A DNA stretch of 64,000 nucleotides. It comes from an uncultured Candidatus Peribacteria bacterium. Lineage in GTDB: Bacteria; Patescibacteriota; Gracilibacteria; Peribacterales; Peribacteraceae. The notes beneath the pieces were generated by a model. The model did no database searches. It was not told where the DNA came from and saw nothing but the letters and a program-made list of their open reading frames with translations. A program made the translations under genes and the position numbers. Location of the stretch: contig CAZYNU010000002.1 of assembly GCA_964648045.1 (NCBI GenBank), forward strand, positions 6,782 through 70,781, written 5' to 3'. Numbering within the stretch: position 1 is the first letter of the stretch; each line of letters starts with the position of its first letter. Positions 1-7,422 of the stretch are shown piece after piece.

Positions 1-1
1 C

Positions 2-295
2 CGGGTTCTGGAACGGAATGTTCGCGTTGACCGCGACGAAATCGACCTCCTCGCCTATGACCCAACCGACCGTGTTTTGGCCTTTATTGAGGTGAAGGCC
101 CGCCGACGCGGCGGCTACGACCCGGCAATCAACGTGACGCCCCGCAAGCGCGCGGCCATGAGTCGGGCGGCGCGCACCTGGATGGAGCGAGAGCGCTTGG
201 GTGAGATTGGCTACCGGCTTGATCTTCTCTGTGTAGAAGCAGGCCGCGTGACGCAGCACCTCAAGGATTTGGCGTGGTCGGAACCACACTCCTAA
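2..295 (+). CDS. yraN: YraN/UPF0102-family endonuclease-like protein, N-terminus cut by the window edge
   Basis: The frame is open from base 2. Translation RVLERNVRVDRDEIDLLAYDPTDRVLAFIEVKARRRGG...YRLDLLCVE fits the YraN pattern (EIDL[IL]... F[VI]EVKxR ... RxD[LV]). Track ORF 77..295 is only the part after an internal Met. Confidence 0.6.
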   Translation, partial: RVLERNVRVDRDEIDLLAYDPTDRVLAFIEVKARRRGGYDPAINVTPRKRAAMSRAARTWMERERLGEIGYRLDLLCVEAGRVTQHLKDLAWSEPHS

Positions 296-991
296 TCACC
301 ACTGCGCAACCACGCGCGCCTTGCGTCCGGCCAGCACGGCCTTGAACGGCCAGCGCTCTTGCCCCTCGGCAGAGGCAAGCATCGCTTCCCAGGCGGCTTT
401 TTTCTTCACGCCAGACAGCAGAAGTAGTGGCGAGCGGGCGGAAGCGAGCACCGGCAGCGTCAGACTGATGCGGTCACGGACGGGGAACGTCTCTTGCTCG
501 GCATGAAAAGCCGTGAGGGCGCTCTGAGCCAGCTCATTGAGCGGCGGGAAGAGTGAGGCAATGTGGCCGTCGTCGCCCATGCCCAGCACGCAGCAATCGA
601 GCGGTTCAACATCGAGGACATCCTCCACTTGCAGGGCATAGTCCTCGGCGCAGGGCTCGGGGTCGAGACGCGTATCGGGCACCACGAACCTTAGCGGCCG
701 CACAGGCAGCCGCTTGAGTAGGGTTTCAATGATCATGCCCTGCGTACTCTCGGCGCTGGTCATGGGCACACATCGTTCATCGGCCAGCAGGATGACCACC
801 TTTGACCAGTCGATCCCAGGCAAGCCAGGGAGTCGCGTATAGACGGGACCAGGCGTAGAGCCACCGGACAAGGCAATAAAACACTGCCCGCGCTCGTCGA
901 TGGCCCCGCGAATGGCGGCGGCAATTAAGGCGGCGGCATCTTCGACGAAGCGCTCGTGGTCTGGGGCGATGATCAGCGGAGAGATAGTCAT
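296..991 (-). CDS. pgl: 6-phosphogluconolactonase
   Basis: 231 aa with motifs LSGGSTP, LADERCVP and GMGDDGHIASLFP. It starts 2 nt after the zwf stop, so it forms a zwf-pgl operon. Confidence 0.85.
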   Translation of the reverse strand: MTISPLIIAPDHERFVEDAAALIAAAIRGAIDERGQCFIALSGGSTPGPVYTRLPGLPGIDWSKVVILLADERCVPMTSAESTQGMIIETLLKRLPVRPLRFVVPDTRLDPEPCAEDYALQVEDVLDVEPLDCCVLGMGDDGHIASLFPPLNELAQSALTAFHAEQETFPVRDRISLTLPVLASARSPLLLLSGVKKKAAWEAMLASAEGQERWPFKAVLAGRKARVVAQW

Positions 992-993
992 AG

Positions 994-2397
994 TCAGCAG
1001 GAGAGCCAGCGGCTGCCCTGATCGGCGATCCAGGCATCGGCCTCGGCAGGGCAGCGGGTACCGGGGGCGTACTTCGACAGCGGCGAATCGGGGCGATCCA
1101 GATAAGCCTGCAGCGGATCAACTAACGCCCAGGAGGCCTCCACCTCTTCGAAGGTGAGGAACCAGCGACGTACACCGTTGATCGCCTCCAATAGGAGTAG
1201 GCCATGCTCCGGAAGGCAATCTCCCACGCAGACGAGTGGATCACTCAAAACGAGCGGGCGGAAGGCAGGCTCGCTACCACCAAGCTTGGTTTGTAACTGC
1301 AGCCGAAGTCCGGCCTCGCCCTGCAGAATGACGTCGAGCTGATTCGGCGTGTTATGCACCAGGCCGTTTTTCGCCGGCTTGAACTGCACCGAGATGCGCG
1401 TCTCTTTCCGATCGAGCTTCTTGCCCGTCTTGATAATGAAGGGGATGCCTTGGTAGCGATCGCAGCGGCTCTGTAGGCGCAGGGCCACGAAGGTATTGGT
1501 TCGCGAACCCGGAGCAATGTCTTTCTCTTGGTCGTAGCCTTCGTACTGGGCCTGCATGATCACCTCGGAAAGATCGCCTTGGGGAATGGACCACTCCTTC
1601 AGTGCGGCGTAGCGACCGGCTTGAATGGCATCCTCGTCACCCAGACGCATGGTGAGCAATGATAAGACCATGAGCAGGTGACTCTGGACCATGTCGCGCA
1701 GCGTGCCGGAGTTGTCGAAGTAGCCGGCGCGGTTGCCGATTCCGGCGGATTCCACCGCCGCCACCTCCACGTGGTGCATCAGCTCGTGGTCGAAGACGCG
1801 TTCGAAGATGGGGTTGCCGCTGCGCAGGTAATAGAGATTGCGCACGGCCTCTTTACCCAGGTAGTGGTCGAGCAGGTAGATCTCGGACTCTTTGAAAGAA
1901 TCCATGAGCTGCTTCTTCAGCACCCTGAAGCTCTGCGTGTCGTAGCCCACGGGCTTCTCCAAAATGCAGCGGAAATCGGCATTACGCACGCCGCTGGCCG
2001 AGAGATTCTCGAGTACCGAGCCGAAAATATCGGGCGGGATGGAGAGGTAGGTCAGGCGAACGGCGGCCTTATTGCCTTCGAGATCGGCAAGCTGGGCAGC
2101 CAGCGCTTGGAAGTCGTCGGCGCTGTCGTACTGGCCCGTACGGTAGTGGACATGACTCAGGAACTCTTCGAGCAGCGTGGCATTCACCTCTTCCAAATCA
2201 GCCTTCACCGCATCGCCCACAAGCGTACGGAAAGCGCCTTGGTCCATGGCCGTGCGGGCGTAGCCCACGATGTTAAACGCGGCGGGCAGGCGCTTCTTAA
2301 GGAAGAGGACGTAGAGCGCCGGATAGATCTTGATCTTCGCCAGGTGCCCGGAGGCACCGAAGATGACGAGGGAGAAGGGGCGGGTGGCGGTGAGCAT
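994..2397 (-). CDS. zwf: glucose-6-phosphate 1-dehydrogenase
   Basis: Motifs FGASGHLAKIKIYPALY, EKPVGYD and DHYLGKE. I chose the start at the internal ATG (MLTATRPFSLVIFGASG, cat at 2395-2397) rather than track start 2628. A TATACT hexamer (2405-2410, minus strand) lies 7 nt upstream of it. Confidence 0.9.
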   Translation of the reverse strand: MLTATRPFSLVIFGASGHLAKIKIYPALYVLFLKKRLPAAFNIVGYARTAMDQGAFRTLVGDAVKADLEEVNATLLEEFLSHVHYRTGQYDSADDFQALAAQLADLEGNKAAVRLTYLSIPPDIFGSVLENLSASGVRNADFRCILEKPVGYDTQSFRVLKKQLMDSFKESEIYLLDHYLGKEAVRNLYYLRSGNPIFERVFDHELMHHVEVAAVESAGIGNRAGYFDNSGTLRDMVQSHLLMVLSLLTMRLGDEDAIQAGRYAALKEWSIPQGDLSEVIMQAQYEGYDQEKDIAPGSRTNTFVALRLQSRCDRYQGIPFIIKTGKKLDRKETRISVQFKPAKNGLVHNTPNQLDVILQGEAGLRLQLQTKLGGSEPAFRPLVLSDPLVCVGDCLPEHGLLLLEAINGVRRWFLTFEEVEASWALVDPLQAYLDRPDSPLSKYAPGTRCPAEADAWIADQGSRWLSC

Positions 2398-2431
2398 TGG
2401 GGAAAGTATAGTCCTTACTTGATCTTGGGTT

Positions 2432-2460
2432 TCCACTTTCTTTGACGCAAAGAAAGTGGA
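2432..2460. promoter_or_regulatory. perfect palindrome (13-bp arms, 3-nt centre) in the zwf / 2693 divergent intergenic region
   Basis: TCCACTTTCTTTG-ACG-CAAAGAAAGTGGA. The arms are exact reverse complements. It lies about 25-55 nt upstream of the zwf -10 hexamer. Confidence 0.6.
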
Positions 2461-2470
2461 GAAAGAAACA

Positions 2471-2626
2471 GCCGCTGGCGTGGCGTTGCCTACGCGGAAT
2501 GGCTCGCAAAGCGGGCGGCGCGAGCTCGGCCCGAGCCCTTCCTTCAGAAGCGCGGGCCTCAAACAGGCGCGCCGCCATGATTCGCTTTGCTTCACCAACC
2601 GCGTGACGGCACCGCCACGAGGCGGC
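2471..2626. ncRNA. candidate structured RNA or palindromic element: ~155-nt rod-like imperfect hairpin (6S-like or MITE-like); strand unresolved
   Basis: Nested Watson-Crick helices traced by hand: 2471-2475/2622-2626, 2479-2485/2613-2619, 2488-2490/2608-2610, 2492-2497/2599-2604, 2500-2502/2595-2597, 2506-2513/2583-2590 and 2514-2522/2568-2576. That is about 41 bp in total. It sits in an unusually long (295 nt) intergenic gap. Confidence 0.4.
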
Positions 2627-2692
2627 AACCCTGCGTAGGATTGAGCCGACCGTGCGCCGGGGTCGAGTATTCAGAACATGCTAGGATAGGCC

Positions 2693-2977
2693 ATGCGCCT
2701 CCTCTCGCTTCTCACTGTTCTCGTTATCCTCAGCCCGTCGACCGCGCTCGCAGCCAAGAGCAGCTCGTCCGCCAAGTCGTCGTCCTCCAGTAGCAAGAGC
2801 TGCCTGATCAAGGGCAACATCTCCACCGACAAGAAGAAAGAGAAGATCTACCACGTCGAAGGCTGCGCGTCATACAAGGCCACGATCATCGATGCGGCCA
2901 AGGGCGAGCGCTGGTTCTGCACTGAGAAGGAGGCGAAGGACGCGGGCTGGCGCAAGGCGCTGAACTGCCCGAAGTGA
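2693..2977 (+). CDS. small secreted protein with a Ser-rich linker and a C-terminal sunset-like domain (C-x-IKGNIS...KIYH...WFC..EA..AGWR)
   Basis: Signal peptide MRLLSLLTVLVILSPSTALA, then a poly-Ser tract, then CLIKGNISTDKKKEKIYHVEGCASYKATIIDAAKGERWFCTEKEAKDAGWRKA. Codons end mostly in G/C. Confidence 0.6.
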   Translation: MRLLSLLTVLVILSPSTALAAKSSSSAKSSSSSSKSCLIKGNISTDKKKEKIYHVEGCASYKATIIDAAKGERWFCTEKEAKDAGWRKALNCPK

Positions 2978-5533
2978 TCACTTCGCAACGCTGATCAATG
3001 TTCCCGGGTAGTAGTAGCCCAGGATCTGCTCGGCGGTCTTGCCCTCGTTGGCCTGGCCCTCGGCGCCGCAGCCGCTCATGCCCACGCCGTGGCCGCGGAG
3101 CGTCATACCGGCGCACCAGGGATCGTCTTTGGACGAGAACACTTCGGCGTGCGGAAAATTTGACCAACCAACCTCAGCGGGAGCGCGCGTGCGACCGTCG
3201 TTACTGGAGAAGTACGGCGCCTTAATGATGGACCCGTCGACCGTGAGTACTTCGTTCGCCGTGGAATTCACGGCTTTGACCCAGCGCGGGTGGTTTTCCT
3301 CGAATGTGACGCCAGCATAGGCCTGGAATTCGGCCGGGCTGTCGCTGCCGTCGTAGGGCATGCCGGGGAACTTCCGATTGTCGGGACTGAGGTAGAAAGC
3401 GGCGTAGGTGCGGGCGGCAATGGCAAAGGCACGCTGTTTCTCATACGGCTCAGTATCGGGCTGTTCGCTGACGCCGCGCATATAGTCTTCAAACGGCAAC
3501 TCATTGATGACGACCAACGTATTATCGACGACACGGCATTCGATCACGCCGCGGTACTTGCGGTTGCCAATATCGGTTGTCTTCCCCGTGCCTGGCGCCA
3601 AACGCACCACAGCCGCCGACGCGACCGTCTGCTGCCCCTGCATGACGGTGCAGGCGCCGTTATCGCGCGCGAGCAGCAGCGAGGCCGTGGACGATACCGA
3701 GGACGAGCCGACTGTCGTGCCCGAGGGCACGGTAACGGCCGCAGTATCGCCACCACTCACGCCCGTCAGTCGAACGCGAATGGACGCGCTCGGCAGCGTG
3801 ACGTTCGATGATGTTGCAGAAGACGAAGCACGCGATGACGCACTGCGCGAAGAGGAGGAACGTGATGAACTGACGCTGGATGACGAGCGCGGGCGAGACG
3901 AAGAAGAGGACGTTCGAATAGACGAGGATGATGAACGGCTGCGAACAGACGATGATGATGCCGGCACGCGGCCGGGTGGCAGCGGCATGCGGCGACCTTC
4001 AGTGAGAAGCGTGAGCGTGAGGTCGCCGATCGTCAGTCGCGTCGTACCGGTTTCGGCCGGGAACTGAATCTCGAATGTGACGGGAATACTCTGGCCCGCC
4101 AAGACGCGCTCGGGCAGAAGGGCTTTGCGGCTTAGTCGCTGGCGGTCGTCGCCCTTGGCCAACCATAAGCCAATGCCGTTGTCGGTACGCGACACATCAC
4201 CGACCGAAGTGCCGGCCTGGAGCGTTTTTTCGGCGCCATAGGTGAGCGTCACGAGCGCGCGCATACCCGGGCGACCCGTCAGCGTCGTAGACGCATACGT
4301 GTAAAATCCAGTCTTGGCACGACTGGCAGACGACGCCGAAGCAGAGGACGTCTCAGCCGGCAGGCCTCGATTGCGCAGACGCTCCTGACGGCGCTGTTCC
4401 GCCTGGTCGACATGCGGCTTGTTCGACACATCCGGCCAAGCCGGGAACGTGACAGCCTTGTCGGTCTGCCCACTCTTCACATTCGCGCGCACTTGATCGA
4501 GCACGCCGTACATGGAGAAGCCAGGGCAATCCGTCGCGAGCAAATCACGATGGCCAACCACCGTCGGCATGCTCTCGCCGTGGTACGTCACCGATTCGGA
4601 CAGATCGACGTCGTAGGTATCGGCCAGTAAGACCAACAGCTTTTGCAATGCCTTCACCTGGGCCTGCGTGGGACGCTCCTCATCGAAGTTTCCCATGAGC
4701 GAAATGCCGACAGTGCCCACGTTGTGGCAATAGACGTGGCCGCCCACCACCAATTTGCCTCCAGCCCTCCCCTCGTACACCTGGCCCGTCTCGTCGACGA
4801 TGTAGTGGTAGCCAACGTCGCCCCAGCCTCGATTGACGGCGTGGAACTGATACAAGGCGCGCATGCGTTCGATACCGGTGCGACCGTCGCCGCTTACGAG
4901 ACCGGCTGTGTGATGCACCACGAAGAGTTTGACCTTCGGCGAATACTGCCACGGCCAACGCAGCGTGTCGCCATCGGCATTCGTACGGGTAGTGGAGGAG
5001 ATCTTAAACTCGTTAGGGTAATTGGTCTGGTCGGCCAAACAATCTTTCTCACGCTGCGAGCCGCCGCCGTTATCGCCCACGTCCGACACGGAATCGGCGG
5101 CGGGAGCCGTGCTTGGACGAGCCGCGGTGGTAGCCAGCGATTCGTCTGCCGCCCATTGGGCACGGGTCAGGATGAACGGTGACGAGACGTTATTGAGGGC
5201 AGCCAATCGAATGGTCGGCGGCGCGGAGGAGAGAACGATGGGATGCACGACCGGCGCCGCTCCCGCAATACGCCACTCCACGCGCGTCACTCCGCGTGGG
5301 AACATGACCAAATTACTCTCCACCAGAGTTGGATCTTGCTCGTTCTCGATCGCCAAGTCGCTCCAGATACCCCGAGAGCCATCGGGCAGCACAGGACGAA
5401 CGGCAACGGCGCGAGTATCCGGTTGAAAAGCGACGGACACAGCGTCGATACCGGCCGGGAAATCTTGGACGGTTTGATGGGGGATGGCGGCGGAGAGAAG
5501 CGCGACCGCGGCGCAGGTGAGGCACGTCAGCAT
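2978..5533 (-). CDS. secreted peptidoglycan hydrolase fusion: N-acetylmuramoyl-L-alanine amidase (Amidase_2/PGRP-like) + poly-Ser linker + SpoIID/LytB domain
   Basis: Signal peptide MLTCLTCAAVALLSAAIP. Amidase motifs VVHHTAG and GWGDVGYHYIVDETGQVYEGRAGG. SpoIID-like region YRGVIECR...LVVINELPFEDYMRGVSE...AIAARTYA...APYFSSNDGRT. The start is the ATG at 5533; a TTG at 5539 is an alternative. Confidence 0.8.
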   Translation of the reverse strand: MLTCLTCAAVALLSAAIPHQTVQDFPAGIDAVSVAFQPDTRAVAVRPVLPDGSRGIWSDLAIENEQDPTLVESNLVMFPRGVTRVEWRIAGAAPVVHPIVLSSAPPTIRLAALNNVSSPFILTRAQWAADESLATTAARPSTAPAADSVSDVGDNGGGSQREKDCLADQTNYPNEFKISSTTRTNADGDTLRWPWQYSPKVKLFVVHHTAGLVSGDGRTGIERMRALYQFHAVNRGWGDVGYHYIVDETGQVYEGRAGGKLVVGGHVYCHNVGTVGISLMGNFDEERPTQAQVKALQKLLVLLADTYDVDLSESVTYHGESMPTVVGHRDLLATDCPGFSMYGVLDQVRANVKSGQTDKAVTFPAWPDVSNKPHVDQAEQRRQERLRNRGLPAETSSASASSASRAKTGFYTYASTTLTGRPGMRALVTLTYGAEKTLQAGTSVGDVSRTDNGIGLWLAKGDDRQRLSRKALLPERVLAGQSIPVTFEIQFPAETGTTRLTIGDLTLTLLTEGRRMPLPPGRVPASSSSVRSRSSSSSIRTSSSSSRPRSSSSVSSSRSSSSRSASSRASSSATSSNVTLPSASIRVRLTGVSGGDTAAVTVPSGTTVGSSSVSSTASLLLARDNGACTVMQGQQTVASAAVVRLAPGTGKTTDIGNRKYRGVIECRVVDNTLVVINELPFEDYMRGVSEQPDTEPYEKQRAFAIAARTYAAFYLSPDNRKFPGMPYDGSDSPAEFQAYAGVTFEENHPRWVKAVNSTANEVLTVDGSIIKAPYFSSNDGRTRAPAEVGWSNFPHAEVFSSKDDPWCAGMTLRGHGVGMSGCGAEGQANEGKTAEQILGYYYPGTLISVAK
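3805..3965 (-). repeat. coding low-complexity tract (Ser/Arg-rich linker) inside the amidase-SpoIID gene; approximate bounds
   Basis: Translates as SSSSVRSRSSSSSIRTSSSSSRPRSSSSVSSSRSSSSRSASSRASSSATSS. On the plus strand it appears as GA[TCG]-rich triplets. Confidence 0.7.
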
Positions 5534-5670
5534 GGGCAAGGTCGGAGTCTAGCAGCCGAAACCCCGAACCAAGAGAAAAAAACCCGGATCGTCGTATGGA
5601 CCAGAACGCGGGTACCAAGCGCGTCAACAGGCTACGATCCGGGCTTCGGTGATAATGTAATGCAAAATAC

Positions 5671-5698
5671 TTGCAATTACAAAGTATTTTCATACTAT
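5671..5698 (+). promoter_or_regulatory. sigma70-like promoter TTGCAA-16-TACTAT in an AT-rich island; the -10 is 8 nt before ATG 5707
   Basis: TTGCAA 5671-5676 and TACTAT 5693-5698. The surrounding sequence is locally AT-rich in a GC-rich genome. Confidence 0.6.
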
Positions 5699-5706
5699 AC
5701 GCGTCC

Positions 5707-6657
5707 ATGGTCATCGGATTCCTCGGCAAAGGCGGCAGCGGCAAGAGCACCCTCGCGGCGCTCTGCGCGCTGCTATGGGCCGAAACCAATCGGCCAGCGC
5801 TGGTGATCGATGCCGACCTCAACCAGACCTTGGGCGATCTGCTGGCCCTGCCCAATACAGCGCCGACGCTCCATGAGCGGCTGCCGACGTTGAAGCAGCG
5901 CGTCCGGGGCACGAACGCCCGACTGGGAGGCGATACGCCCATCATCAAAACCACGCCGCCCGGATGCGGCTCCGGGTTGGTCGTCGGATTGGATGATCCG
6001 CTCTTCGCCGAAGCCGACCGACGGGAATCGCTCCGCCTGCTGCGAGCGGGTGCGGTGGACGAGGATGACGTGGGCGTGCGCTGCTACCACGGCAAGACCG
6101 GTTCGGTGGAACTCCTGCTCAATCACCTAGTGTTGCGTGGTGACGAGCGAGCGTTCGTCGATATGACCGCCGGCGCCGACATGTTGGCCTCGGGACTCTT
6201 CACGCGCTTCGACCTGACGGTGTTCGCTGTGGAGCCGACGCGCCAATCGTTGGCTGTCTGGCGGCAATATCGCGAACACGCCGACGCCTTCGGTCTGCCG
6301 CGCGTGGTCGTGGGCAACAAAGTGGAGACCGACGCCGACGCCGCCTTTTTGCGCCGCGAACTCGGCGAGCCGTTCATCGCTTTTCCCCATGTGCCGGCCC
6401 TGAAGGACAGCGAACGCGACGGCGGCCTGAATGTGGCCGTGCTGCCCAGCGAAGCGCGCGGCGCAGTGGAGGCCATTCTGCGCCGGACGGTGCGTCGTGA
6501 CGGTGCACGCTTCACGCGGCTGGCACACGAGTTCCACCGCCGAAACGCCCTCTCGTGGGCGAACGCCGCCCACGGGCATGACTTAGCGAATCAGATTGAC
6601 CCCTCGTTCGACTGGGACGAGGCCGTTCTCAGCCTTGAGGAGACGACCGTCTCCTGA
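5707..6657 (+). CDS. MinD/ParA/CooC-family P-loop ATPase (CooC-like) with a C-terminal extension
   Basis: Deviant Walker A MVIGFLGKGGSGKSTLAAL, then VIDADLNQTLGDLL, VDMTAGADMLASG and VVVGNKV. The start is the ATG at 5707 rather than the track TTG at 5671. Confidence 0.7.
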   Translation: MVIGFLGKGGSGKSTLAALCALLWAETNRPALVIDADLNQTLGDLLALPNTAPTLHERLPTLKQRVRGTNARLGGDTPIIKTTPPGCGSGLVVGLDDPLFAEADRRESLRLLRAGAVDEDDVGVRCYHGKTGSVELLLNHLVLRGDERAFVDMTAGADMLASGLFTRFDLTVFAVEPTRQSLAVWRQYREHADAFGLPRVVVGNKVETDADAAFLRRELGEPFIAFPHVPALKDSERDGGLNVAVLPSEARGAVEAILRRTVRRDGARFTRLAHEFHRRNALSWANAAHGHDLANQIDPSFDWDEAVLSLEETTVS

Positions 6658-6720
6658 CGGCTGCGCATGGTGCGTGGCAATTGTCCGATGTTTCTCATCA
6701 CCGACCGAAGGAGTTTTCCA

Positions 6721-7359
6721 ATGTCGATCCCGACCGTGGCGCAACGCGCCGTCGCCGTCTACCCCGACCTCGCGTCCGCAAACAACGACCAACTGCTGCC
6801 GTTCTTCGACCGTCAGGGCCCGCTCACGACCGATCTGCCGCTGGCAATCCAGTTCCTCGACCAGCTCGCCGCGGAGGCCGAGCGCTCGCCGTTCCAACTG
6901 AAGAAGTGCCTCCACGCCAAGCCCGAGGCGCTCGGGCAGGTCAGCCGCATCTTCACCGACGCCCTCTGGCTGGCCGTCGCCCCGCAGTACCCGACCGTGG
7001 AGATGGCGTTCCTGCACTGCGAGCACATCATCGCCGTGGCCCGTACGAGCGGCCCGCTGGTCATCCCCGCCGTCACGCTGGAGCAACTCGAGGCCGACCT
7101 GCCGCTCGGCATGGCCGCCCTCAAGCGCCAGCTCGAGCAGCAGCTGCCGGAACTGACTCTCCCGCCCCACAGCCCCGAAGGGAAGGAGTTCCGGCGCCTG
7201 TTCACCGCCGACGCCCGTCCCGTTCTGGAGGCGCACTTCGGCGCCGCCCTCACGTTCTACAACTGCTGCAAGGGGCAGGCCGACACCGGCACGCCGCCGA
7301 TCAAGCGCGCGATCTCGCTGGCAGAGCAACTGCTGAGCCAGATCACGCCCGACTGCTGA
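6721..7359 (+). CDS. hypothetical protein (212 aa), probably co-transcribed with the CooC-like ATPase
   Basis: GAAGGAG Shine-Dalgarno 7 nt upstream of the ATG at 6721. Third codon positions are strongly G/C in this frame. Two overlapping ORFs in other frames were judged spurious. Confidence 0.6.
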   Translation: MSIPTVAQRAVAVYPDLASANNDQLLPFFDRQGPLTTDLPLAIQFLDQLAAEAERSPFQLKKCLHAKPEALGQVSRIFTDALWLAVAPQYPTVEMAFLHCEHIIAVARTSGPLVIPAVTLEQLEADLPLGMAALKRQLEQQLPELTLPPHSPEGKEFRRLFTADARPVLEAHFGAALTFYNCCKGQADTGTPPIKRAISLAEQLLSQITPDC

Positions 7360-7390
7360 TCAACTTCTTCGCTCGCTGAAACATCTCTCC

Positions 7391-7422
7391 GACCCGTCAC
7401 CATGTGTGGCGGGTCATTTTTT
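7391..7422 (+). terminator. intrinsic terminator after the 6721-7359 gene
   Basis: GACCCG..CCA / TGG..CGGGTC interrupted stem followed by ATTTTTTG. It overlaps the 3' end of the convergent GT4 gene. Confidence 0.5.

Noticed and set aside
1678-2445. 255-aa plus-strand ORF
   Set aside because: It is antisense to zwf, whose identity is unambiguous. It is a GC-rich shadow frame.
2398-2628. 77-codon N-terminal extension of zwf in the track ORF
   Set aside because: The extension would read through the palindrome and half of the rod-like hairpin element. The conserved G6PD N-terminus (FGASGHLA) follows directly after the internal Met at 2397, which also has a -10 hexamer at leaderless distance.
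3805-3965. Repetitive GA-rich triplet tract that might look like a tandem DNA repeat or array
   Set aside because: It lies in-frame inside the amidase-SpoIID gene and encodes a Ser/Arg linker. There is no constant repeat unit or spacer structure, so it is not a CRISPR array or VNTR.
6583-7379. Two alternative long ORFs (6681-7379 plus strand, 6583-7329 minus strand) overlapping the 6721-7359 gene
   Set aside because: Only the 6721 frame has an SD (GAAGGAG) and the third-position G/C bias. The others give Arg/Pro/Ala-rich junk-like translations.
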